Below are positions 12,284-24,968 of a stretch of DNA of 64,000 nucleotides, one piece after another. Within the stretch, counting starts at the first letter, position 1, and the number at the start of each line of letters is the position of its first letter. Source of the stretch: Ptychomitrium polyphyllum (taxonomy: Eukaryota); the NCBI GenBank assembly GCA_973851085.1, contig OZ316776.1:14694001-14758000 (forward strand), written 5' to 3'. Made by a program: the position numbers and the translations under genes. Under the pieces are notes generated by a model, which did not search any database, had not been told where the DNA came from, and saw only the letters and a list, made by a program, of their open reading frames with translations.

Positions 12284-12824
12284 TGTCATGGACATAAATT
12301 ATGCAACATAGTCCTTAGAACATTCTAGAACCTTCTAGTATACTAGAATAGTTTCTTAGAATACTTTTAGATGTCTCCATAGCCTTTTTTATGTTTTTAG
12401 GAAGCTTCCCAGGAAAGTTCCTCCACCTTAGGAAACTTCCTAGGAAGGTTCTACCTCTTCAGGAAACTTCCTAAGATGGTGTTGCTACCTTAAGAAACTT
12501 CCAAAGAAGGTTCCAGTTCTTTGGAAGCTATTTAGGAAGGTTCCAACATCTTAGGAAACTTCTTGGAAAGGTTCCTTAGACTTCCAGAATAATCTTAAGC
12601 CTTGTAGGAAGCTTCTTCAGAAGTATCATAGGAGATACAAACGTCCTAGTATAAATAGGATGCAAGACAAGGTATGTCTTAGTCTTGCCAACACAAGTTG
12701 TGGATCATCTTGAATCCTACCTTGTTCAAGTCTTTGTATCAACATCTTGTTAATCATTAGTTCTTTGGAAGCTAATTCTTGGAAAACAGTTCGTTTCTGC
12801 TTCTTGTTTCTTGTGTCCCTAACA
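12284..12824 (+). repeat. 3' LTR of inner element (541 bp)
   Basis: TGTCATGGAC...CCCTAACA, preceded by the polypurine tract; shorter than the 5' LTR through loss of array units. Confidence 0.95.
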
Positions 12825-15800
12825 CAAGCAATAATATATGACAATAGACTATTTTAGAGGCGCCAAGAACAACACTTGAAATAGCGACCAGTACATCAAA
12901 TCATGGCTAACACTTCTTCAAGAGTATCAGAAAGATGACCACAAGGACCAAAACCTATACAAATTGATGCTGCTTAGTTTAGACGTTTGACTCCAAGAAA
13001 AGAAGAAAGGCGTCAAAGAGAAAACCTATGTTTGTATTGTGGCAAGTCTGGACATAAAGTGTGCAATTGCCAAATCAAAGGATCTGCCTTTAAGGCTTAA
13101 AGCACAATGGTGGAGTTGAAAAACGAGGCTGTCAAGTCACAGTAGGGACCATGCGATTGGACACCACAAGGAAACAACCATCAAATCAATGTCCCTTACT
13201 ACCTTCAAGTCCTACCTCTAGCTTTACATTTTGTATCAAAATTAAATTATTAGATGATGAAATAGTTAGTGAGGCTCTTTTAGACACTAGTGCAACGGCA
13301 TATTTCATGGACAAGGATTTTGCAACCAAACATCACATGGTGTTTGTGAATAAAAAATACCCCGCACCTGTTGAAGTTATTGATGGACGATCTCTTGCGT
13401 CTGGTAATGTTATTGAAGAAACTCAACCACTGGAGGTTGTTTTAGGAGACCAGGCATCTAAGATTGTTTTCAACATTATTCAATGTCAAACAAATCCTAT
13501 TGTCTTGGGCCTTCTTTGGTTTGAATTACATAATCCAAACATTGATTGGCACTCACGGACTGTAGTCTAAAGGAAAAAACGTCAAGGTACGAGAAATCTT
13601 GGACCATCATTTATTAGAGCTAAGGCACTCATGAGAACGGAAAATGATGAACCAATCTATGGCGTTTATGCCACACCAATGTCCAGCTCTATAATAAAGA
13701 CCAATAAAAACATACCTTGTCAATATCAAGATTATAAAGACGTTTTTGAGAAAAAGAATGCGGACATGTTACCAAAGCACCGGCCTTACGATTGTACCAT
13801 TGAATTGCAAGAAGGAGCCCAACCACCTTTTGGACCTATTTATAACTTATCACAAACTGAATTGGCTGCCTTGAGAGATTATATTGATGAAAACCTCAGA
13901 AAGGGTTTCACTCAACACTCTAAATCACCGGCTAGAGCACCCGTTTTATTTGTAAAGAAGAAAGATAGATTATTAAGCATGTACGTAGACTACCAAGGCC
14001 TCAATAAAGTAACAAAAAAGAAATGCTATCCATTACGATTAATCTCAGGGCTCCTACAGAATGTACGAACTTCGATTCTAAAGATTCTATTTTGGTAGTG
14101 GTAGATCGATTTACCAAAATGGCACATTTCATTTCATGCAACAAGACGGTAACGGAAGAAGAAACTGCCAAGTTGTTCCTAAATCACGTCTATCGCATAC
14201 ATGAACTACCAGATGATATTGTATCCGATGGGGGCCGCAATTCATTTCCAACTTTTGGAGGGCCCTATTCCAGCTGTTGTGTGTAAAGATCAATCTTTTT
14301 TCAGCACACCATCCGCAAACTGATGGCCAAACCGAACGCGTGAATCAAATTTTGGAACAGTACCTTCATTGTAGCATAAACTACCAGCAAGACAACTGGA
14401 TGGACCTCTTGCCTTTGACAGAGTTTGCTTACAAAAATACGGTGCATTCTTCAACAACTCAAAGTCCATTCTTTGCAAACTATGGCCATCATCCTCGAGC
14501 AGATCCATTTCAAGTGGAGCATGTTGGAAGTCTTGCAGCAAAGGATTTTGCAATTCAACTTGCTAAAATCCATCAAGAAATTACCTTCCAGTTACAACAA
14601 GCTCAAGATCGTTATAAAACTTATGCAGATCGCCATCGAAAGGACCATCTAAAGTTCAAGGTTGGAGATAGCGTATGGCTCCTACGACGAAATATACAAA
14701 CAAAAAGACCATCAAAGAAGTTGGACTATCAAAGATTGGGACCGTTTGAAATCAACAAACAGATAAATCCGGTTAGTTATCGCCTAAAGCTACCACCAAG
14801 CATGCAAATTCATCTAGTATTCCACATATCGTTGTTGGAAACCTATAACAAATCATGTATACTAGAGAGAATTGCCCCTCCGCCTCCTCTGTTGGAAATC
14901 AATAATGAAATTGAATATGAAGTGGAAGAGATCTTAGATTCACGCATCAAGAACGGACGTGTGGAGTATTTTATATATTGGCAAAGATATGGCATCAATG
15001 ACCGAATATGGGAACCTTCAACGAATGTAACAAATGCATCCGAGAAGGTACGCAAATTTCATCAAAGATATCCTCAGAAACCAGGTCAGTGATGATGTGT
15101 CATTAATAGCCGTTAGCTTCACCGAGAAGTTTTTCCTTCATAGATAAGTATAAGAAGGGAGGAGAGATTTCCAAACCTTCAATTGTATGCAGTATTATTT
15201 CCAAGATAGATCATTTTTAGATCCTAGTTAGTATGTCAAATCTTCGTGTTATCATGGATATACATGAAGAGCAATCGGCCATGCCTTGATCAACAACAAC
15301 ATCTGTTGAGCCAACTCAACTTTCTCAGCTTTTAATAACGGAGGATCTAAGTCAAGATATGAGAGGGACATCCCAACGTCGAGCACAACCTCGTGCAGAA
15401 GTATTGGCGAGTCGCCCTTTACATTCCAGTCTTGATTTAGATGCTCATGCTCTAGTCATCTTGTTAGAAATTTGAAGAGTCATTTCTAGGTGACTTAAGT
15501 TTTTATTTGGAAACATTTTAGAAATTTCTTCTATATTATAATAGCTTCTTAGAATACTGTTAAACATCTCCATAGCCTATACATGTTTTTAGGAAGCTTC
15601 CTACAAAAAAAATTTCCACCTTAGGAAACTTCGTAGGAAAGATTCTACTTCTTTAGGAAATTTCAAGTAGATTCTACCACCTTAGGAAATTTTAATAGAA
15701 GGTTCCAATTCCTTTGAATCTTCTTAGGAAGTTTCCAACATCTCAGGAAATTTTTTGGGAATGTTCCATAGACTTCCAGAACATTCTTAAGCCTTGTAGG

Positions 15801-16016
15801 AAGCTTTTTTAGAAGTATCATATGAGATACAAACGTCATATTTTAAATAAAAGGCAAGATAATGTATGCCTTAGTATTGCCAACACAAGTTGTGGGTTAT
15901 CTTGAATCCTGCCTTATTATAGTCTTTGTATCAAGTTCTTGTTAATCATGAGCTCTTTGGAAGTTAATTCTTATGAAACACTTCGTTTCTGCTTCTTGTT
16001 TCTTGTGTCTCTAACA

Positions 16017-18510
16017 TAAATGGCATAGATAGGTTTATGTTTATCTGCTTTGATGAATGCCTTAGGTCCAAGAAATAATGGTGTAAGATTTCTTGTAGTT
16101 TAACATCTTCTCCCTGGAACCACACTCCATGAGTGCCAATTTATGTTTGGATAATGTAATTCAAACAAAGAATGGCTAAAGACAAGAGGATTTGTTGGGC
16201 ATTGAATGATGTTGAAGAGAATTTTACATGCTTGGTGTCATAAAACAACCTCAAAAGGTTGAATTTCTTCAATAACATTACTAAATATAAGAGATCGTCC
16301 ATCAATCACTTCAACAGGTGCGGAATGTTTTTTGTTCACAAGCACCATGTGGTGTTTTGTTACAAAATCCTTATCCATGAAGTATGCCATTGTACTAGTG
16401 TTTAAAAGAAGTTCACTAACGCCTTCATCATCTAACAATTTGATTTTGATTGGAAATGTAAAGCAAGAGATAAAGATTGAAGGTAGTAAGAAAGCTTGAT
16501 TTGATGGTCGTTTCTTTGTGGTGTCTAGTTGCATAGTCCCTATTGTGACTAGAGAGCTTATTTTTTCAACTCTACCATTGTGTCCTTTGAGTCTTAAAGG
16601 CACATCCTTTGATTTGGCAATCGTGCACTTTATGTCCACGCTTGCCATAATATAAATATAGGTTTATTCTTTGACGCCTTTCATTTTCTTTGGGAGTTAA
16701 ACATCTATATTAGGCAGCATCAATTTGCATAGGTTTTGATCCATATGGTAGGCTTTCTAATACTTTTGAAGAAGTAGTTGTCATTCCTTGATGTATTGGT
16801 TGTCATTTCAATCGTTGTTCTTGACGCCTTTCAAGTAGTCTATTGTCACAGGCTATTGCTTGAGTGATGAATTTGTCTAATGTCTCATCCCTTGACATTG
16901 TAAATACCAAATCCTTGACATTTTTCTCCAAGTACCATTAGAATTAAATGACCAAGGCCTTATCATTCCAATCAAGGTTACAAGCTAATAGTTAAAACTT
17001 TGCAGCATATATAGGCAACCAAATGTTGTATTTGTTGTAGACTTTGGATCCTTGTCTCAGCCACTTTTTCTCGGTTGGTGTCTCCAAAAGCAGATGTATA
17101 CACTTCCATGAAAGCATCTAAATTGTTCAATAATGGTGACTGCTTCTCTATCAATGGTGCAAACCACAATAGTGCATTCTTTGATAGAAGAATGGCTATA
17201 GATCCCATTTGAATAATATCATGAAGATAGCAAGATTAATACAAATTAAGGAAGAACCTTATTTGTTAAACAAAAGGTTTCAACTTTGATTTTGATCCAT
17301 CAAACTTGTCTGGCATCCAATATCTTTGGCTCTACATGATTTAGACATAAGCCTTCTCTTCCAATATTGGCTTCTTGCAATCAAATAATTTCTTGATATT
17401 AACTTTGAATATCGCTATTGGATTTTTCAAAGTTAAATAATTAACAAAAACTAATACAAATAGTAAAACAAGGAAAGATACAATATGATCCACAATTTGT
17501 GTTGGCAAGAGTAAGCTATACCTTGTGTTTCTTTTTATTTATACTATGATGCTTGTATTTCCTAGAATAGTTCTAAAAAAACTTTTTACAAGGCTTAATA
17601 ATATTCTAGAAGTCTATAGAACCTTTTCTTGAAGTTTTTTTTAATAATGGATCTTTCCTAAGAAGCTTCTAAAGAGGTGGAAAAAACTATGAAAATATTG
17701 AAAGTATTCCAAGAAGGTACTACAATATATTAGAAGATTCTAGAAGGTTCTAAAGACTATGTTATATGATCTATATTATATGATCTATGTTTGTGTCAGT
17801 TTCAACATAAGCCTTATCTTCTAATATTGGCGTCTAGTAATTGAACAACCTCTTGATATTGATTTTGAATATTGCCAATTGGATTCTTCATCTTGTTGAG
17901 TGTGCTGCTCTAAATTATTGATGGTGTTGAAGCAAGCAAGTTTTGTTTGAATTGTGTGTAATAACTCTTGAAAATCTGCAATAGTTACAAACCTATTATC
18001 TGATGTTTGAGGCATGTTATCCATTAGTTTAGACTGTTGAAGGTGAGAAGACTATGAATATCTTGAAAAAAAGATAATCTACGTTCTTTGAAAGATTGAT
18101 TATTCTTTGAAAGAAGTAGTACTTGCTTTTAGAAGAAGAAACCAACTTATGGTGTCAGCTTAGAGAAGAGTATTCCGCAACCTCTAAAATGCTATGGAAT
18201 CCTAAAGAAGATGGATGATTCTTATTTATACTATGACGCTTGTATTTCCTAAGATACTTCTAAAGGAGCTCCCTACAAGGCTTAAGAATGTTCTAAAAGT
18301 CTATAGAACCTTCCCTGAAAATTTTCCAAGATTGTAGAACTTCTCTAAGAAGCTTCCAAGGAAGAAGAACCTTCCTAAGAAATTTTTGGCAATGGTGGAA
18401 CCTTCCTAGGAAATTTCCTTAAAAAGTAGAAATGACTATAGAATCATTAAAAATATTTTAAAAAACTATTATAATATACCGTAAGGTTCTAGAAGGTTCT
18501 AAAGACTATA
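16017..18510 (-). mobile_element. 5' part of the same host element (protease, gag, 5' UTR, LTR remnants)
   Basis: Resumes across the TAAAT TSD (GGCGTGGCA-TAAAT-GGCATAGAT matches the uninterrupted site near 34911). Protease ORF at 16238-16648; gag fragments at 16978-17208 and 17821-18024; degenerate LTR pieces at ~17435-17798 and ~18220-18510. Confidence 0.8.
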
Positions 18511-20224
18511 GAGGTACTTCTCTTTAATAAAAGATATATTCCCTTCAACAAAAACTAAATGAAGTTAACTTCAATAGAATAAAGGAATTGGGATTATTTT
18601 TCATTCATTCTTTAGAAGTGAAGGAAGTTCCAATATGAAAATTAAAAAGACCTAACAAATACAACAAATTTGTCATCACGTCACGTCAATATAATAGTAC
18701 ACAAATCCGCTCGGTTGCCAACTTGTCAAAGCGCTATGGGGGTAAAAGGAGAACCAATATACGGAAGCAAACGCGGACACAGCAAAATAAAGCAAACGAC
18801 ACAGAATAAGGATTAGAAGATAGCGTCCACATGACGCACGCTCCGTACCCGATTGTATAGGCATCCGAATATTTGAAGTATATGCCACAGGCTGCAGATT
18901 TTTACGCCGCAGGCCTGCCGCTCGATTGGCCCACTGCCGTTGACGAATCAGGATGGTTCCAACGTTCCGACCGTGAGCCATTCAGCCCAGCTTTGCCTTC
19001 GTCACCCGCCACCTGTACCTTCATTCTGTATACTGGGTATGCAGTGTATAATGAAGGTTATCGTATATATAATATCTACGAGTCTCCGTATGTGATTCCT
19101 AGTCGTTTCACATAACAGCCTGGATAAGTATCGAGTATTACATCAGTATCACAAGTGTATCACCTAGACATTGACCGAGAAGTGGAATACACGTGACTTG
19201 TGTGGAGGATGAATGAAAGGAATGAAAAGTAGACACAGGACATGAAACTCCTACGGACTCTGTTTAGGATTTTCTTACTGTTCTTGTAATAGATATAATT
19301 CATCTATTTTTGGATAATAATTTTCTAAGGAATGGGAATATCTGATAAATAATGATAGATACCTAGAATAGTGCATTCTATTTCAGGAAGATTATATGAC
19401 TTCTTTATTTTTACAATCTAAAATATAGGTAGAAAGAAAAAGATTATTAAATATTTTAAGTCTTTTATCTGAAAGGCTCTAAGTTAAAATGATCTTTGTA
19501 GATGAATACAAGAGAGATTTGGAGGAGTAATTATCCCTCTTTCACTTGTTTATTTTTTGTGTAATTTAGGAAGACATAACTTAGTTGGGAGGAGGGTCTT
19601 TGTCTACACTATTAAGGTTCTATATCTCTTATGTTGTTGTGTTTATATTTTATTATTCAATATTGTTAATTGCATAATGACAAATTGATGCATGGATGCA
19701 TTATTGTATGTATTCATAACCTTTGAAATAATTATTATTTTTTATATTTCAACATGATATCTTGATAAGGTTTATTAATATGTTTTTTTATAAAAATCTA
19801 ACAATTGTAAAGTGAAATTTGTATAAAGAAATTTATTTGTGATTTTCTTGTTCAAAATAAAAAGCATATTGTCCTTATTAAGAAGTATATTTGAATTTGT
19901 CTTTGATAAATTAAGATGATATGAAGAATTTTAATTGTATTTAACAATCAAGAAGAGTTGAAGGATTATGTTATTCACTAGTGGTTTTTATGATTACATT
20001 TAATATCCAAGAAAGAATAATTATGTGTTAATTGTTTATTTAAAATGTTTGTAAAAATTGGCCTTTATTCTTTACAAGTTTTTTATAGACTCTAATTTTA
20101 AATTGAGTATTATATCTATTGCAGTTATATATAATGATTTAGATAATTAAAGACTTCTTGACTTGAGTTGTTTCTTGATACTCTTCATCTTCATAATATG
20201 GTCTTGCATTTTATCAATTTCTTA

Positions 20225-20560
20225 AAATACAATGTAAATGGTAGTACTAAATGCTATAAAGCTAGATTGAAGGTTAGGAGATTTTTCCAAAAACAGGCAT
20301 TGATTACTTTGAAACTTTTTTGCTAATGGCAAAACTAGCTTTTAGTCAAAGTTCACTTGCAAGTGGTGCAATTTAGGATTTAAAAATATATCAAATGGAT
20401 GTTAAAACAACTTTTCAAAATGGAAACATTTTTAAAATAATTTATATGAAACAACCTCATGGATATGAAGTAAGAGGAAAAAAAAAATATAGTGTATAAA
20501 TTGTAAAAGATCATTTATGACTTGAAGCAATTACTTTGTGTTTGGAACCATAAAATTGCA
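20225..20560 (+). mobile_element. Ty1/Copia reverse transcriptase remnant
   Basis: Degenerate translation across frameshifts: CYKARL...GIDYFETF...QMDVKTTFQNG...IYMKQPHGYE...IYDLKQ, matching the copia RT motifs QMDVKTAFLNG and LYGLKQ. Confidence 0.8.
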
Positions 20561-21626
20561 AATTATTTTGATTCAAAATGCTTTATCCAAAATACAATTG
20601 GAATTATAGAGGCATTAGATAATATTTGCTAGTATATGCTATGCTTGGAATTATAGAGGCATATAGTGCAGCTCTGAATTGGAGTAGGAAGAAACAAAAG
20701 ACTTGAGTTTCTGAAACGCAAATGAAGATCACCTCGATATCTTTGTTAGTTCCGATCGTCCACTGTCACAAGCTAACTTACAGTAGCACAGGCTTTGTAA
20801 AATTTCTATTCCCAAACAAGTTCATTTTTTTGAACGAAATGGATGTCAATATCCATTGGAAAAACCATCTTGAATTGAACCTAGAAAGTCGCTCTTTCGC
20901 AACAAGTCGATGGGATGGATCAGAGAGCAGTACAGTACTCGAAGACACCATCCGGTACAGTAAGTTACCGTGACGCAGGCAGGAAGCAAGTCTGCATCAA
21001 TCAGAAGCATTTACGCATATCTCAAACGAAAAAGGCCAGAGGGACAGAAGCATCGCCTATAAAAGGTTTCAGAGATCTCGCAATGACAACAATAAAATGA
21101 ATGGCAAGAGCACTCGGCGCCAGCCGCCCCAAAGTGCGCCCATACGGTCGGGGTTGGTGCATTCGCCAATACGCATGTACATCTCCGGAGATTCTTAGCC
21201 CAAATTCGCTGTTTTCGTTTCAGAGCACACACCAGCTCTGCTTCATTACTTGACCTCTTCATGACGTCGGAGCGTTCGCCTTCCTGCTGTTCTTCTTAGT
21301 TGCAGATTATGAAAACGAGGCGTGACTGAAGAATAGGGGACTGTCACCAAATATTTCTTATTCTAAAAGACAAGGGGAGGAAGTTGTCAACCTACAATAT
21401 ACTAAGGTCGCCTGTTGTGCAGGCTGACCAGTTTGGTCGCTGTTGTAGATTGCTGGAGCGAGAGGCATAGGGATTTTTGTTGTGGCCGCAATCATGTCTT
21501 CTTGCTTTCCTAATCGGAGGGGGAATTAAACACCCGAATTGTCAGGCAATCGAACAGGAGTAGTTTAGACGCGCACAGGGGTCACAGGGTTGGGAAACAG
21601 GTTCCAGGGTGAGAAAGGGGACAAGA

Positions 21627-24600
21627 ATGGGGACTGAGGTAGCGATGGAGGATGCAGCAGAAGCGATGCCATTGCAGCAGCAGCAGGAAGCAGTACCACA
21701 GGGAGTGGTGTTGGTAGTGTTGGATGTTAATAAGGAGATTTGTACGCAAGCTTTGAATTGGGCACTTGGCCATGTAACAAGGAAAGGCGACGCGCTTCGT
21801 CTGGTGGGAGTTCTCTCTCACGTGCTCAATCCGAGTAAGTTTCTGCCGCTATTAGATGCAACCCATAGGCAGGTTTTTTGTGCCAGGAGAAGAGTGGCGT
21901 GCAGTGTACAGATCTTTACACCCTACTTCGTTATCGGATGCTTCTTCTTAGCAGGAGCATTAGCTTAGGGATTGGAATTCTTCTCTATGTTCATGTCTGG
22001 TGGTTCATTAAACGTTGCAATCCTTGTTCTCCTCATCAGTAGGATTTTCTTGTTATGTAGCAGTGGCGTGATCTACCTTTCTAGTGGGCATGCGGGGTTT
22101 AGGGTTCTGAATATGGCCGCAAGAAATCCTCTGCAAACTTTGCTTTGGAAATTATTTCCACTGGAGCAATCAAAGAGCTACGAGTTTGCATTACTAAGGA
22201 TTTTATTTTCGTGTTAGAGGATACCACTCTGAATGGTTGCAAAGAAACTGACGCTTGCCCACCTTTGTGGTGCAGTGGGATACAAATGTCGTTTGGATGA
22301 GAATTCTTGGCTTGGGGCCAACCGTAGAATTTTAGAGAACGAGCTCGCCATTAAGCAACACATGCTGTGCAACATCGAGGATCTCGGCCGCTGCTGTGAG
22401 CAAGCTGAAGTGCAGTTGGTGGTGGAGGTGAAACCTGGGCTTCACCCGAAGATGATCGTAGTGGAAGAAGCAAAGAAACACGGCGCTTACCATGTCATTC
22501 TTGATAGGTATATCGTTGTTTCAGTACAAAAATTTCCTTTCTCAAGGTCAGGCGGTAACAGGCATGGTTTGCAATTGAGCTGGTTTAGGGAATCTGAGTT
22601 CTGTTTTTTTCTGGTGGAATTGCAGGAGTATGAAGAAGGACAGGAAGTATTTCATCGACAACCTCACATGCTTCGTGACACGCTTGCGAAACTCGGGTGG
22701 AGTAGACAGCGTTCGCTCGTTCGCCATAAGCAAACCACTCATGCCGGTGGTGCCTTCCACCAGCATTCCATTCCGATCCACCAGCTTCCTGACGCAATAC
22801 GCAACGGCACATCCCAGCTTGTCGAACCAATCTTCCTTCAACTCGTTATTTCTCGGCCGCTCATCCATCTCCTCCACAACCTACAACCAAGATGCGCGCG
22901 AGTGCAACGACCTGCTGCACGGGCCACAACACTTTTGGAAGCGCCAGGACTCTATGGCGTCGTCGCTACGGAGCCACTCAAGCTTCGATATGGGTCGTAG
23001 CAGCGCTGATGAGCTTTTCGCAATCAACCATGACTTCGGTCCGCCACCTCCGTCGGAGCCATCCACCGCACACAGCGTGGGAGCCTTCGAGGTTTCGCGT
23101 AAGAGGACCGGTGCTGCGTCGCCGCAGTGGCATTCCAGGGCCGGGAGGGAGGATGAGCTAACCCTACGGCTGGGTCACAGCGAGAGCATGCCTGTTTCGA
23201 GGTCTTTGACTGTGCAGTCGAGTATGCCCAAGACAAATGCCTTCTTCTCGAGGTCAATGTCGACTGACAGAGTGGCGAGTGGGCGGATTGGAATCCGGGA
23301 GAAGGCTTCGAAATCCGTGTGGGTGCGGACAAGTAGCAAGGACGTGATGACGGCGGCGCTTGAGGGCGGTTGGACAACCTTCGTCTTCACTCCCGACACC
23401 AGGGATTTAGCAGACGACTGGACTTGTATGCTCCGCATGTATCTTTGATTTTAATTCATGTGCTTTTTGAGCAATCTGTGTATGTCTCGAGATGAAGTAG
23501 AATTTATTTCTCAAGGAAGGTTTCTTAATATGGCAGTGCTGGCGAGGATTAGACCATTGTACCTGGAGGGCGGCCAGTTCCTGGACTCCCAGAGCCGGCA
23601 AGTGGCTGAGCTTGGGCATTATTCCTCTGGCGAGCGGCTTGACTATCTTCCCGCTTTGATGGGCCGAGCCGAGGTTGTGGTAATGAATGGCCTCGACTTG
23701 CAGGTTGGCATCTCTCGCGACCAACTGTATTGGAGCTATTGTTTGCCTCTCTTATTCAATAAACGTTGTTCAATTGTGTAGCATTTTCGGAGATTGAAGT
23801 CTGATTCAATTTCGACTGGCATTCAATAGGTGACAGCGGCAGAGAGAATAGTGGAAGCGTTTCAGGAATCCAGCACGGCTCTGTTTGCCGTGGCGCACAG
23901 TGCCAGTGATGCGCAGTTCTATCTGGAGGCACTTGAAAAAGGGACCGACGGAGTTGTCCTCCACACAGAGGACCCTGCACAGATTTATGCTCTCAAGGCA
24001 TACTTGAAAAGGAGACGAGAGGCTTTCATGGGCGTGAGGCTTGTGAAGGCCGCCGTCACGCAAGTGGAACCGGTGGGCTTAGGAGACCGCGTCTGTGTCG
24101 ACCTTTGCAACCTTTTGCACCCCGGGGAGGGTCTCTTGGTATGTTTCCTATCGTGAATTTTCTTTTATTTTTCCTTTCTCTCAAAAACTTTTGATGCATG
24201 ATGGCCTCTTGAAACTCTCAACCGTCACATTCTTGTTATAAATGTTAGCCACGATCATCTTTGTGTCTGATTTTACAGGTGGGATCATTTGCGAGAGCCC
24301 TCTTTTTGGTGCACTCCGAGTGCTCAGACATAGATCATTCTGCGTCTCGGCCTTTTCGTGTCAATGCTGTAAGTTCGGACCTTTTCATGTCTGAACTCAT
24401 GTCCATTCAGTGTCAGGCTTTTCTCTGTTAACTTTGGTCGTACAACGATGTTGATGTGCTTTGGCCTACTTTCGAATCAGGGTCCAGTTCATGCGTATGT
24501 GGGAATGGCCGGTGGCGTCACCTCCTACCTTTCTGAGCTCCACACAGGCAGCCAAGTGATTGTGGTTGATGCGCAAGGGCGATCGAGGCCAGTCTTGGTG

Positions 24601-24968
24601 GGTCGGGTGAAGATCGAATCAAGACCACTGCTGCTTGTGGAAGTGGAAGTAGAAGGACAGAGACACAGTGTGTTGCTACAAAACTCCGACACTGTCTGCC
24701 TCGTCAGTCCTGGAGGTAAGTTGTGTAATAATTCGTTTTCATTAAACAGACCGACGCGATTATTTAATCAAATAATGATTAAAACTTTGAAACTGAATTG
24801 AAGAGTACTGACCAGGACACATTTGAACCATTTTCTGCAGATAGAATAACTGGCAATGCGATTCCAGTCACAAGTTTGAGAATGGGACACTTGCTTTTAC
24901 TTAACATTCAAGAGGAGGCGAGCTGCTCCGTCGGCGTTGATCCTCAAATACGTGTGGTTGAGAAGTAG
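21627..24968 (+). CDS. USP-like (adenine nucleotide alpha-hydrolase-like) domain fused to a type II 3-dehydroquinate synthase homologue; 8 exons, 722 aa predicted
   Basis: Exons 21627-21834, 22276-22507, 22626-23425, 23537-23703, 23830-24138, 24279-24368, 24481-24715, 24841-24968; all introns GT-AG and phases sum to 2169 nt. N-terminus: VVLDVNKEI..ALNWAL.HV..GD.L.LVGVL..NPMGY. C-terminus: VMTAALEGGWTTF, LEKGTDGV, GDRVCVDLC, LVHSE, SRPFRVNAGPVHAY, YLSEL, VGRVKIESRPL, IPVTSL. Confidence 0.88.

Larger units (their letters stand above)
6248..12824 (+). mobile_element. Full-length family A chromovirus-type Gypsy element ('inner' element, 6577 bp), inactivated by point mutations
   Basis: TG...CA LTR pair, perfect CAAGC TSD (6243-6247 and 12825-12829), PBS, PPT, and gag-PR-RT-RH-IN-chromodomain order. 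The empty site (CACTCAAGCAATAACA) is visible in the copy near 41485. Confidence 0.96.
4693..16016 (+). mobile_element. Family A LTR retrotransposon ('outer' element), decayed, with an internal RT-RNase H deletion
   Basis: TGTCATGA...CTAACA termini with TAAAT TSD at 4688-4692 and 16017-16021. 5' LTR ~4693-5307; truncated 3' LTR ~15505-16016. Gag is split by the inner element. RT start is fused to integrase at ~14060. Confidence 0.9.

Noticed and set aside
22548..23724. Antisense/alternative-frame ORFs over the fusion gene (similarly over EB1 and EXO)
   Set aside because: Shadow ORFs of GC-rich coding exons.
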